From Neoechinorhynchus agilis (Eukaryota; Animalia; Acanthocephala): a DNA stretch of 64,000 bases. Position 1 is the stretch's first letter. Each line of letters starts with the position of its first letter. Location of the stretch: assembly GCA_051530055.1 (NCBI GenBank), contig CM121343.1, forward strand, positions 7,442,044 through 7,506,043. Reading direction: 5' to 3'. Both the position numbers and the translations under genes were made by a program. Below are positions 1-13,139 of this stretch, one piece after another. Below the pieces are notes generated by a model. That model saw nothing but the letters and a program-made list of their open reading frames with translations. It was not told where the DNA came from and did no database searches.

Positions 1-2
1 CA

Positions 3-257
3 TCTCAACTTGAAATCCTAGCTGCACATGGACGACAATTAGTTGAAATGTTAGACAGAGCCCAAGGTGCATTCCGTGGTACCATAATTCCTTCGCGATG
101 TATCCTGTATAGTGAACCACTTCTGAAGGTTCACGGCTCACACAAGTGTCTGGTAGGCAATTTGGCATTAGCTACCACCGATGAAGATGACATTAGAACT
201 GTGGATATAGAGTCGATCCCGACCGATAATGACGTGGAAATGGTCGACGTGGAATGA
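3..257 (+). CDS. 3' end of an unidentified ORF entering from the left edge
   Basis: Frame is open from position 3 (SQLEILAAHGRQLVEMLDRAQG...DVEMVDVE*) with an acidic C-terminus. No family recognised. Confidence 0.3.
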   Translation, partial: SQLEILAAHGRQLVEMLDRAQGAFRGTIIPSRCILYSEPLLKVHGSHKCLVGNLALATTDEDDIRTVDIESIPTDNDVEMVDVE

Positions 258-412
258 AATTGTAAGTAGTGCCCAGTTAAGACAATACTGAATTGTGCAC
301 GAGTGAGTTATTGAGAATAAGCGTATCAATACATGTGATCTCTATCAACTTGAACAAATATTTTTGAGAAAATATTAGGAAACATCAACTTTTTTTATCG
401 TATTTGCTAGCT

Positions 413-625
413 GCATTCACCTTTGAAAAATAGTCTTTTTGAATGAGATGAAAGGATTTGAAGTTTCATCTCAAAAGAAATACCAATCAACAAAAGAGAT
501 CCGCATTCACCTTTGAAAAATAATCTTTTTGAATGAGATCAAAGAATTTGATGTTTCATCTCAAAAGAAATCCAAATTAAAAAGGAAATTCCGCGTTCAC
601 CTTTAAAAAATAATCTTTTTGAAAC
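413..625. repeat. 90-bp tandem repeat, about 2.3 copies
   Basis: gcattcacctttgaaaaata recurs at 413, 503 and 593 (last copy diverged). Confidence 0.85.
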
Positions 626-629
626 AGTC

Positions 630-3330
630 CTCCCCCCATCAACAGTTATGCGCATTCCCTCCAAAAATCCCTTTAACTCGAGACCATGTCTTCTCAAAGT
701 AACTTTTATTTCACCACTCGTAGCCTCCCTCTTTCTTAACAGGAGATACAAGCTCCTTAATTTACAACTTTCCACATAAAAACTCATCACAAAATCTTTC
801 CACCGTCTTTCCAAACTCAACCCAGAACTCATCTTTCCAATGTAACCGGTCATTCCAAAAAATCGAAGAACAAGCGACTTCCCAGTTTCTCTGATTACAT
901 GCAACTCCACTGGCGCCCGAATAATCACAAAGGTCAATCTCCCAGCCGTTCCACATTAAATACTCTCTTTTTCCCGAATCAAGTAAATAATTATCTCTCT
1001 ACCCCTACTCAAAATCACCAAATGTAGCTGATCCATGCAAAGTCCGAACCCTAAACTCATTTCTATCATTACCATTCACTCATTCCAACTCAAATTTTGG
1101 AGTCGCCCCCGAACTTCTCTCTTTGGGCTAATCAATCGTTCTTTGTCGGCATCCCGTAACGATTCCTCCCTTAACCCACCACCCGCAACGAACAATGCAA
1201 CCCAAATCTCCCTCACTTCCGCCCTCCCCCCATTTCCCGAAATCCAAAACTCCCTTTCCCACCGTTTTCTACTCCAATACTCGTAGCCTCCTTCCTTAAC
1301 TAGATGAAATTTCACTCATTTCATTTACCTCAAAAGTAGACGTAGTCATCTTAACAGAAACGTGGATTACCCCCTTCAACAACGATTCAGCCATCCTTCC
1401 CGGGTACTCTTCCTTCCATACATAGCGCGATGACCGCCCAGGGGTCTCAATTTACGTACAAAACGCCGATCTAGAATTCATCACAGTCCATTTCATAACT
1501 CCTCTGAGAAACGGCCTTTGAGAATTCACCATTGCTGGCGTCTATCGCCCTCCGGCCTCTCGTCCTGAATCCTCTTTGCTCCAAATTGACTCTATGATTG
1601 AGCCCATAAACTCCACAAATTCGCACCAGTTCTTAATTGCAAGGGACTCCAATAAACTATTTCCTCTTCTACCCTCTTCCGAGTTGCGTCAACCTACTGA
1701 CTTCCCAACTCGTATTGACGCTCACCTCGACAAAGTGTTCATAAATATCGACGCCTACTCATCCGCCTCTAAACTCCCTCTCCCCGCGAACTCTGGCCAT
1801 TCCTCTGCCCTCATCACTCCGTCCACCCCACCTCAGCGTATGAAATCTCTCCGTTTACCCGTCTGGGATAAACGTGATCATCATATCCAAAATTTTATAA
1901 AATTGTTCAACTCTAATATTCGCACATTCCACTCTGACATAGGCAATTCCCAAGAAAATTATTAGAATCTCCAACCACGACCCTCCGTGGATAAACCCCA
2001 TTTTGAGACTTCTACAAAGGCAAGCATCTAGGGCCCACCGCAATAACTTCCCAGACTCTTCCCGTTTACAAAAAGCACCTACGAATAAAATACTTCTCGC
2101 CCGCAAAAATTTCCTTTCCTCAAAAATTCTATCAGGTGGTAACTCAACATGGTAGCTGGCCTTCAAGGACTCTTGGTCTACACCTATGAAATTCGAAGAT
2201 AACAAGTCTTCTTATTTCTGCAATCTTATTTTCCATTCTACTCGCTCTTTCAAAAAATCATTGAAAAATGTTTTAAATCTTGCCTTTCACTTCCCCACGA
2301 AAAGTTATCGCCCCTACAATTTGGCTTCCGACTCAGATTTTCTGCAACCGCTGCCTTACTTTGCATTTATGACACGATTCTGCGTAACCTCGACAATAAT
2401 CCCTCCCGCGTCACCCGTCTCATTCAACTTGATTTATCTAAAGCTTTCGACTAAGTGGACCACTCACTCCTTCTCTGGACCTGCTCCGATTTTGGTCTCA
2501 ACCAGTGGCAGATGTACCTCAAGGTGCTGTGCTGTCACCACTTCTCTTTAATATTTTTCTAAACAACCTCAAAATTCTCTCCTCTCACTCTGAACTCTTC
2601 TTATACGCCGACGATATCACCATCATCACCCCGCCTCTCTCACTCCTTAACCTCTAACGAAATCACACGCAAAAAAGATTTCTGCACCAATCACAAACTC
2701 CATCTCAATTTCTCTAAATGCTTCGAAATGACTCCCTCTCTCCCGCAACCTCACATCATCCCCTGAGCTTCTAAATGACATCCTACGAGTAACTTCCCTA
2801 AGAATTCTGGGTATCCAATTTCAATCAAATTTGAACTGGGAATCGCACATCACTCTCTTCCTCAAGCACAACACTTTTAAAATTCATCTCCTTAAACGCC
2901 TCCAACATTTAGGAATTTCTACACTCGACCTTTACAAATTTTACTTCTGCTTTAACTTACCATCCCTTACCTACGATTACCCCGTATTTTGCAACCTATC
3001 CTCCGTCGTCTTGAAATTCTTCATAAAAGAGCATCTAAAATTTGCACAACTAATTTTCCTCCTCTCACCGAATGCCTTGATTCTATTTTCATTAAACAAT
3101 CAAAACGCCTCTCAACCCAACCACCACAATTTCTTCCACATATCGCTCCCTTTTCACACGAGCACAGCACTCGTAATCTTAATTCGTTTCATCCTCCTAT
3201 ACCTCGAACCTCACTATATCTACGTTTTATTTTCCATGCTGCTCAATCTTCTCGGATATTAGAACTTGAAATGAACATGAGGAAAGACCAACCTTACAAG
3301 CGCTCCTGCAAGCGATATACTCCAATTCGC
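630..3330 (+). mobile_element. Degenerate L2/CR1-type LINE (ORF1 remnant, APE endonuclease, RT) with many stops and frameshifts
   Basis: ORF1-like RPCLLKVTF at about 680. APE motifs VDVVILTETW (about 1336), LPGYSSF..GVSIYV and PTRIDAHLDKVF. RT motifs LDLSKAFD*VDH (about 2428), LYADDIT (about 2600) and LGIQFQSNLNWESHI. C-terminal PIPRTSLYLRF. Confidence 0.85.
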
Positions 3331-3387
3331 CTACTAGAACGGACCTTCCAACCTAACCGGATATTCTCAATCGAACGGACACATTCT

Positions 3388-5977
3388 CACCCGAACGAAC
3401 CGTCCCCAACTGGATAGTTCCCATCCGAATAGACAGCCCTCCGACCAGATATTACCACCCGAACGAACCGTCCTCGACTGGATATTCCCATCCGAATAGA
3501 CAGCCCTCCGACCAGATATTACCACCCGAACGAACCGTCCTCGACTGGATGTTCCCATCCTAATAGGAATCCCTCCGACCAGATATTACCACCCGAGCGA
3601 ACCGTCCTCGACTGGATATTCCCATCCTAATAGGAATCCCTCCGACCAGATATTACCACCCGAACGAACCGTCCTCGACTGGATATTCCCATCCTAATAG
3701 GAATCCCTCCGACCAGATATTACCACCCGAACGAACCGTCCTCGACTGGATATTCCCATCCTAATAGGAATCCCTCCGACCAGATATTATCACCCGAACG
3801 AACCGTCCCCAACTGGATAGTTCCCATCCGAATAGACAGCCCTCCGACCAGATATTACCACCCGAACGAACCGTCCTCGACTGGATATTCCCATCCTAAT
3901 AGGAATCCCTCCGACCAGATATTACCACCCGAACGAACCGTCCCCAACTGGATTTCCCATCCGAATAGGACCTCCGACCAGATATTATCACCCGAAAGAA
4001 CCGTCCTCGACTGGATATTCCCATCCTAATAGGAATCCCTCCGACCAGATATTACCACCCGAACGAACCGTCCTCGACTGGATATTCCCATCCTAATAGG
4101 AATCCCTCCGACCAGATATTACCACCCGAACGAACCGTCCTCGACTGGATATTCCCATCCTAATAGGAATCCCTCCGACCAGATATTACCACCCGAACGA
4201 ACCGTCCCCAACTGGATAGTTCCCATCCGAATAGACAGCCTTCCGACCAGATATTACCACCCGAACGAACCGTCCTCGACTGGATATTCCCATCCTAATA
4301 GGAATCCCTCCGACCAGATATTACCACCCGAACGAACCGTCCTCGACTGGATATTCCCATCCTAATAGGAATCCCTCCGACCAGATATTACCACCCGAAC
4401 GAACCGTCCTCGACTGGATAGTTCCCATCCTAATAGGAATCCCTCCGACCAGATATTACCACCCGAACGAACCGTCCTCGACTGGATGTTCCCATCCTAA
4501 TAGGAATCCCTCCGACCAGATATTACCACCCGAACGAACCGTCCTCGACTGGATATTCCCATCCTAATAGGAATCCCTCCGACCAGATATTACCACCCGA
4601 ACGAACCGTCCTCGACTGGATATTCCCATCCTAATAGGAATCCCTCCGACCAGATATTACCACCCGAACGAACCGTCCTCGACTGGATATTCCCATCCTA
4701 ATAGGAATCCCTCCGACCAGATATTACCACCCGAACGAACCGTCCTCGACTGGATAGTTCCCATCCTAATAGGAATCCCTCCGACCAGATATTACCACCC
4801 GAACGAACCGTCCTCGACTGGATATTCCCATCCTAATAGGAATCCCTCCGACCAGATATTACCACCCGAACGAACCGTCCTCGACTGGATAGTTCCCATC
4901 CTAATAGGAATCCCTCCGACCAGATATTACCACCCGAACGAACCGTCCTCGACTGGATAGTTCCCATCCTAATAGGAATCCCTCCGACCAGATATTACCA
5001 CCCGAACGAACCGTCCTCGACTGGATATTCCCATCCTAATAGGAATCCCTCCGACCAGATATTACCACCCGAACGAACCGTCCTCGACTGGATGTTCCCA
5101 TCCTAATAGGAATCCCTCCGACCAGATATTACCACCCGAACGAACCGTCCTCGACTGGATATTCCCATCCTAATAGGAATCCCTCCGACCAGATATTACC
5201 ACCCGAACGAACCGTCCTCGACTGGATATTCCCATCCTAATAGGAATCCCTCCGACCAGATATTACCACCCGAACGAACCGTCCTCGACTGGATATTCCC
5301 ATCCTAATAGGAATCCCTCCGACCAGATATTACCACCCGAACGAACCGTCCTCGACTGGATATTCCCATCCTAATAGGAATCCCTCCGACCAGATATTAC
5401 CACCCGAACGAACCGTCCTCGACTGGATATTCCCATCCTAATAGGAATCCCTCCGACCAGATATTACCACCCGAACGAACCGTCCTCGACTGGATATTCC
5501 CATCCTAATAGGAATCCCTCCGACCAGATATTACCACCCGAACGAACCGTCCTCGACTGGATAGTTCCCATCCGAATAGGAATCCCTCCGACCAGATATT
5601 ACCACCCGAACGAACCGTCCTCGACTGGATATTCCCATCCTAATAGGAATCCCTCCGACCAGATATTACCACCCGAACGAACCGTCCTCGACTGGATTTC
5701 CCATCCTAATAGAAATCCCTCCGACCAGATATTACCACCCGAACGAACCGTCCTCGACTGGATATTCCCATCCTAATAGGAATCCCTCCGACCAGATATT
5801 ACCACCCGAACGAACCGTCCTCGACTGGATGTTCCCATCCTAATAGGAATCCCTCCGACCAGATATTACCACCCGAACGAACCGTCCTCGACTGGATATT
5901 CCCATCCTAATAGGAATCCCTCCGACCAGATATTACCACCCGAACGAACCGTCCTCGACTGGATATTCCCATCCTAA
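3388..5977. repeat. 67-bp satellite, about 39 nearly identical copies
   Basis: Unit ccgaccagatattaccacccgaacgaaccgtcctcgactggatattcccatcctaataggaatccct; period 67 (3508 to 3575), with 68-bp gatagttccc variants. Degenerate precursors at 3335-3388. Confidence 0.97.
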
Positions 5978-6815
5978 CGGATACGCTTTTTTGAACAATG
6001 TGAACTCGAATACTTATGAGGACCCAAAGGTACATGGGTCCTTCTATTCTTTCCCTGTATTTTTCAACAATAAACGTGTTATTATTATAATGATAATGTT
6101 TCTACGCAATTTCATGAAATATTTAAGTTTAATACTAAAGTGCAATCAATTTCTGGGCGTTTGTGATGTTTGTTAGATAATCTTTTTAACCGAGGAAAAA
6201 TGTATCCAGATTCTTTTAAAAGAACACTTAATAATGAAATTGCTTTGCAAAGTCTTGGTATTCAACATAATTTTTCTTATGTAATTATTCATATCGTTTT
6301 CTCAGATTTGCACATCTGACAAAACCTGAAATAGTTTTTATATTGATTTCCGATTATGTAAGCATTGAGGAATCGTACGACAGAAAATAATTACTCACTG
6401 GGCAATTTCTCTGAATTAATGTTCTATATTTCAATATTTTTTGATTATTTCAATGAAACACTTGATCGAAGATATTGTCACCGTCTTTTTATCAGACCAT
6501 TTCAATCAAAATTACGAATCCATTTTGCTAACAAGATCGTCGTTCACTTTGACGTGTTCATTTAGATTTATTCTATTAAACTTACTGTTCAATGTTGCGG
6601 TTAGAACTCAGACCTAGAAAATCTAAAACGCCTATAGCGACTCAAATTATCTTACATTCTGATTCAATTGTATTTTTCTTGATGTTTTCGAGAATAAACT
6701 ACAGTGTGGAGTACACAGCGCAAACTCATTGATTCAACGCGCTATTTTCACGATGTGCGCGAGAGCAGTCGACCATTAAAGCGAGACAAATTAATGCCGT
6801 GGAATCTTCACGAAA

Positions 6816-9800
6816 TCATTGATTTTCAGTCAAATAATTAGCCTGGTCAGTTACAGCGTCGAGTGAGGTAGGCTTGTCGCTTATCAGGTAGCAAATAGAT
6901 TTTTTTGTGTTAGCTTTTGAAAAGCTGTTGTCTTTATAACCATTGGCTGTCGATTTAACTGGCGGTAGCGTGCTGGATGTTCGTTTCACTTGCTGATTTG
7001 GCGATGATTCCATTGATTTTTCCGTGGGTTGTTTGTCTGTCGGGAAAATTTGTGGGATTGTAGGGGACTCTTCAGAAATTGCCATATCCATGAGTTGCAC
7101 TTCATCGTTAATGATTTCAACTTCATCGAGGTACGCTTTTGCCTGTCGTGTTTTCTCAGTTTGTTCATATCTCTTTTTTAGCCACGATTGGCTTGCTTTA
7201 GTTCGCGATTGTGACGGATACAATGTTTGATGTCGAGTAAGCGATCCGTTTCTGGAAAGCACGGGATCAGAAGCGAGTTTATCGGACAATTGTCGACAGT
7301 ATCCGCTACAGTCGAATGCCCTGAACACGGACCAAAATGGAACTGGAAGAGTTGCGTACTCGTCAAGGTCAGTAGATGGACACGTCTTCATTTGTGTGAT
7401 AAAGTCTATTTCTTTTGCTAAGCGTCTATTTATGAGTCCTGCGAGTTTAATGGTAGACAAGGTACCCTCCCCCCCCTATCCACAGGACACATGATTCGTA
7501 AACTTTTCGAAATTCACAACGTGCTCTTCTTTTGAAATGCTATCGTTTGTAATGGTGCAAGAGTTGGCCTGATGGATATAAACGAGGTCTTTTATACATA
7601 TGGGAAACATTGGAATAATTGGAGAACATATATTGGGCGATCGGAATAACGATCGGTATTTAAGCATATTTCTTGAAGGGTCAAGAAGGCTTTGAAGATT
7701 AGCGTAAGTCTTCTTTGATTTATCCGGTACTCGCGCCCATGTACGATGCAGACGACACACGGACTTGTGTCCAAGTCCACTGATGATTGTGAGGAGCGAA
7801 TTAAAGTTCTTCAATTCCTTGCATATTTCAGCTAACTTAATGAATTTTTTGATCACTAGGACCCGTCGGTTCACGTTGGACTGTTTTACTACCTCACTAA
7901 CGACCCAATACATCTCACGATTGATCATATTAGAAAGAATATCCAGATTCGGAGACTCCAATAGATCACGGTTACTTGATTCATAAGGATGTTTTTGTTT
8001 GCCAATGCTCCATTTAAATATATGATTAATGTATTCTTGCGATTTTACATTTGAAAATAGAACATATGCCCTGAGGCTTAATTGACTAGCCAGCTCGTAA
8101 ATGTCGACCGAAAGGATATTGAGGTCATTGTTAGAACCTGAAACGGTTGCACCATCAACAACCGACTGACGGGCATTGTTAGTAGAACAATTGGAAGTGG
8201 CAATGCTTGTTGATTTTACATAATATCGCGATCTATAGGGAAGACGATATGCTAAATTCCGAACCTGGTCAGGAAGCCGTCTTTGCTTCCAATATGTAAG
8301 ATTATCGTGACTTAGTTCGTAGAGAGCTACTTGATGTTGCTGAATATTAGTAAAATCATGTCCGATTGCAGAGTCCGAGTTGCAAAGAACGGACGAGGCT
8401 GCCTCGCGCGCTGTTGTAAACTTGTTAATCCTTAGCAGTCTAAAATTCTCTTCTGAAATAAAGACTTTGATAACGAATTCAAACTGCTCTGGCCGTTGGC
8501 GATCAGGAGATACGGGTCTGTACCTTTTCCATTTCCACAATGATTTCTGAGAACGTCGTACGAGTGATGAAGATGAGTGCGTTTCGCCTTGATGATAGCG
8601 TGATGCGTTCCCAGTAGACCTTACACCCACCAGTCGTTTGGCTAATACACCCACGATGTTCGATTTGTATCCATGTGAAGATTGCGAATGATCAATGGAC
8701 GTTGTCTTGTTTCTTTTTTGTTGAACTAGCATACTATCATGGTTATTCGAAAACGAAATGAGCTCGTAGTATCCAATAAGGTTATACCGTACGGTTAGGC
8801 TTAAATGAGTTGTTTGCCGCATCACTTCGGAAACGGATGCTTTGAGTTGTGCAACTGGTTGTCCGTTGATTTCAAGTATTTCATCTCCGCGTTTTAGACC
8901 GAGTTGCGCGGCTTTAGAATCTTTCTCGACCTTCATTACAAAGACTGACAAACCCTTATGATAGCGATGAGCTTCAGTCGCAGATTCATTTATATCGAAT
9001 TGTAAGAGTTCATCCCGATTGTTTCTAGGAATTACAATCGATCGACTGGATGAATTAGCAGTCGAGCATGCGATTGCTAGAAGACGTAAAGAGGCGAACA
9101 TGTTATTTCGATGTACAAGATCAATGAACTCATCTAGCTTTGAAGATAGAACTGTTGACCACTCGAAATCAGCGCCGTATTTTGCAATCCAATGTAAAAA
9201 TACGTTAACCACCGGTTCTCGGTAAATGATGTCTTTATTGAATGTCTGAATCAGACTGTCGCATACTTCTATAGAACATTGTTTAAATGCTCTATGAGTG
9301 AGCAGATACTGATTGACGTATGCGAAATCAAAGTAGTAACTCGCTTTCACCAAATAATCCAATAGATCCTTTCGATTACCGCTCACGAGCTTCGTTTGTG
9401 AACCCAGAATCACATTATCTTCTTCGTATTCACCTGCATTCAAAGAAGAAATCTCCTCTACCGTATCCTTGGGTCGGATGAGCGTATTAAAGGCTCTTGT
9501 GCGGCGCTGATCTTTTTTGTCAGTTGCAGACGCACTTAGGCTCCTTATTTTCTGAAATCGGGATTTGTCGTCCCGCCATAAACCATATCGTCTAGCTAAA
9601 GTGAGATAGTCATCCTTTGGTACACAAAGGAATCGGCAGTTGTCTATAAGTGTTTTCATCACACCTCTATGGTACTCATTGCTTTCCCCGTCGCCATCAC
9701 ACAGCCCAAAACTGTCGTTAACACCCATTACAACGATAGAGTGACTATATCGATCAGCAGAACGGCAACCGTGAGCTTCATCCACTTTCAACGAAATTCG

Positions 9801-10766
9801 GTTCTCTACTTTTCCACTTATAATCACACTCCAAGCATCATACTCTTCACCGTCACTCATTATCACAGTATCGGAGTGGTCAACCACGGCCAATACAAGA
9901 ACACGAGCCAATTCTCTCTTTACCGTCAAACAGGATTGAGATATGTCGTCGAAGGCATTAAATGCACCCATAAAGCTGACAATCCGACCAATGTCGTATT
10001 CCGTCCGGTCACTGGGTTCCTTCTGCAGGCTGACCCAAGCTCGACATTCAAGTAATGACTCACTAACTTCTGATATTGAAGTACCGGTCGTCGTCGTACT
10101 TAAAGACCCTCCGCTTTCATGGTACCGCAACTGTGGACTCAACGGATTATTCTCGCCGATGGGCGCAATAGAAGTCTCAGTTTTATCGGCATCTAAATAA
10201 TCAATCACCAAGAACTGGGTATTATCCTCTAAAACCAAGCAACTACTATCACGTAACGCAGTCTTACCATCCTTCCTTCTTCTTCCAAAAACTTGACCTC
10301 TCTCGGAATAGACTTCTCGTTTATTCAATCCGTCATCAATCAATATCGATCCATGTAAAAGAACATACCAACAGTTAGTCACATCCCCGATCCCGTAGAT
10401 CCAATCACCCAAAGGCAACCGCTGAAGCCTTACACTTGAACTAACCAAATTTAGTGCATGCTTCGATAAACTACGAAACGATTTACATAAATCACATAAA
10501 AACACAGAAATCCGATTGATAATGACGTCATTCCGATCGGATGGATCAATCGCCAAAAGATCGTAGTCTTGAAAAGAAGACCGTTGATTAAACCACTTAA
10601 TCCGATCACTTTGTGGAGAACTGCATAAAGATAAACCTCGGGATCGACCTGTGATATCCATCGGCGGAGTCAAAACTGGAACAATTACACGCGATCCACT
10701 TATCAACGGCGCTGGAGAACTACAATTCTGATATGGTAACCTGTTAATTTGATTTTGCTGCGACAT
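6816..10766 (-). CDS. RAPGEF2: Rap guanine nucleotide exchange factor 2/6 (PDZ-GEF); two exons, junction near 7426-7503
   Basis: The 1096-aa ORF has two cNMP-binding-like regions, REM, PDZ (FVMKVEKDSKAAQLGLKRGDEILEING), RA and RasGEF (KNFNSLLTIISGL, LLDPSRNMLKYR, VNFEK). The in-frame downstream ORF continues RRLAKEI. Confidence 0.92.
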
Positions 10767-11254
10767 TTAAATTAATCGCATCTCAATGAAAAATTCTTTT
10801 GATCAATATTGCCAGATTAAGTTGATGAAATCGCCAATCTAAACAACCAATCAATAATTAGAAACATATCGATAATTATTAGATTCTTCCGTGGTTTATA
10901 ATAACACTTTCTCCAAGCTTACAAAATCATGCAATTATAGTTTATGTGCAGATCCTTAACGCTGGTCGAAGGTGGAGTGGTCGAATTTGGAAAATAGTGG
11001 CCGTGCCGCTTATAATCATTTTGTGACTTTTATTTCTTTCAAAATGGACTACAAATCGCTTGTGTGTCATTGCTGTTTGCTCCGTAGGTTAAACTTTTCA
11101 TTTTTTTAAGAGTTCAAAAGTACGACGTCAGATCTATCCGTTTACCTTCAGCACAGTAGTGTTGTAGGCTTTTAATTGACAAAGATCTTTACCAATCCAT
11201 TGATCCAGGCTTTGAAGATAAAATCGATATCCAAGCGATGCTTTTTTATGATTG

Positions 11255-12150
11255 TTTTATGGCGTGTAGAAAAATTAAAATGATTTTATTTTGAAATCCG
11301 ATTGGTTTCGCAGGCACAATCTTGTACTCGGAAATATCGGATTTTAAAATCATTTTAATTTCTCTACACCAGAAAACAACCTATTTATGAACAATTCAAT
11401 CTTCAAACAGCCTTTCTGTATGGGTTTTTTGTTTGAACGTTGAATCGTCCATAAAGTTTACTTGTATTTTCCTCTGCTAAGATTGTACCTCGGAAATATC
11501 GGATTTTAAAATCATTTTAATTTCTCTACACCAGAAAACAACCTATTTATGAACAATTCAATCTTCAAACAGCCTTTCTGTATGGGTTTTTTGTTTGAAC
11601 ATTGAATCGTCCATAAAGTTTACTTGTATTTTCCTCTACTGTTGTGCCTCCGAAATATCGGATTTTAAAATCATTTTAATTTCTCTACACCAGAAAACAA
11701 CCTATTTATGAACAATTCAATCTTCAAACAGCTTTTCTGTATGGGATTTTTGTTTGAACATGGATTCGTCCATAAAGTTTACTTGTATTTTCCTCTGCTA
11801 AGATTGTGCCTCCGAAATATCGGATTTTGAAATCATTTTAATTTCTCTACACCAGAAAACAACCTATTTATGAACAATTCAATCTTCAAACAGCTTTTCT
11901 GTATGGGTTTTTTGTTTGAACATGGAGTAGTCCATAAAGTTTACTTGTATTTTCCTCGGCTAAGATTGTACCTCGGAAATATCGGATTTTAAAATCATTT
12001 TAATTTCTCTATGCCATAAAACAACCTATTTATGAACAACTCAATCTTCAAACAGTCTTTCTGTGTGGGTTTTTTGTTTGAACATGGAATCGTCCTTAAA
12101 GCTTGTATTTTTTGGCAAAAGCCGAAATATCGGACTTAATCCCTGTAAAT
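11255..12150 (+). repeat. About 162-bp tandem repeat (about 5 copies) with a palindromic left end; same family as 38830-39665
   Basis: ttgtacctcggaaatatcgg recurs at about 11323, 11483, 11642, 11804 and 11966. Inverted arm at 11262-11300. Confidence 0.93.
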
Positions 12151-13139
12151 TTTTCGCAATGAAGAAACATCCTTTATATATGGAACTTTTATCAAATGTG
12201 AGAGTATTCCGTCGAAATCATATAATTTTATTTGGACTAAAATTCCGGAGAAAGCTTGATTACTTACACTTCGTCATTTAGGAACGAAATTAACTGTGAA
12301 ATCTTTAGTCTACTTGTATTCTGTTTGTTGTCTTAGCATTGTTGATCGACAATGAACTGTTTTATAACAGATGCAATCAATAGAATATACGAATTGATGA
12401 AATATATAGAATTCGTATTGGATTATTCATAAATGGACTAATTTGATTCTTGTACTCGGACGTCTATCACTTTTCAAGTAATCGAATCAACTACATAATT
12501 GAGACTTGAATTTCATAATTTGCGTATTTTAGGTTCTGCAATTATTTTGAAAATCAATTTCACAAATTGCATCATCTATCATCTAAGCCCATGCACTTCG
12601 ATATAAGCGGGCGATTGATCGTAGTCCATTGCAATTGTCGATCATTATTGGTATTTCTACAGAAAATGGGCTCATTAAATGCTGCCTTAGAACATTGCCG
12701 ATAACGGGAGTTTTACTTTACCTCCATTTTCTTATTGCATTACTTTCGAAAACATTGTAGCCCGCGCACAAAATACGACATGCAATGCCATTGGATTTAG
12801 AATCTTCATTCTTGAAATTTTTAGTTATATGAGTCCATCAGTGTCCATTACGGTTCAAGCTCAACACCCTCACCGAACTTTTCCGCCTGCTCTACTGAAA
12901 ATTTTGCGACCGTCAATGGGAAGCATCATCATTATAAGATGACGGTATCCGTATAAACCGACTCATTTGACTAGTGACTGCAAAGTTGTGAAATTGACAT
13001 GATTGGACTTGTGTTTCATGTTTACTGAAATCAATCACCAATAGAACGGGAACGCCTTTAAAATGGTAGAATAATGGCTTTTCTGGAGTCACGGTTTGAA
13101 AAATCATTGACCGGAAAGGAGTTAATTGAATACGTTCGA

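Noticed and set aside
3388-5977. CRISPR-like regular array
   Set aside because: Units are contiguous and nearly identical with no unique spacers; the context is eukaryotic and there are no cas genes.
7476-7478. Stop-codon readthrough or an altered genetic code (in-frame TAG in RAPGEF2; in-frame stops at 32033-32092 in the convertase)
   Set aside because: The intervening codons are non-homologous insertions best explained as introns, and all other genes end at normal stops.
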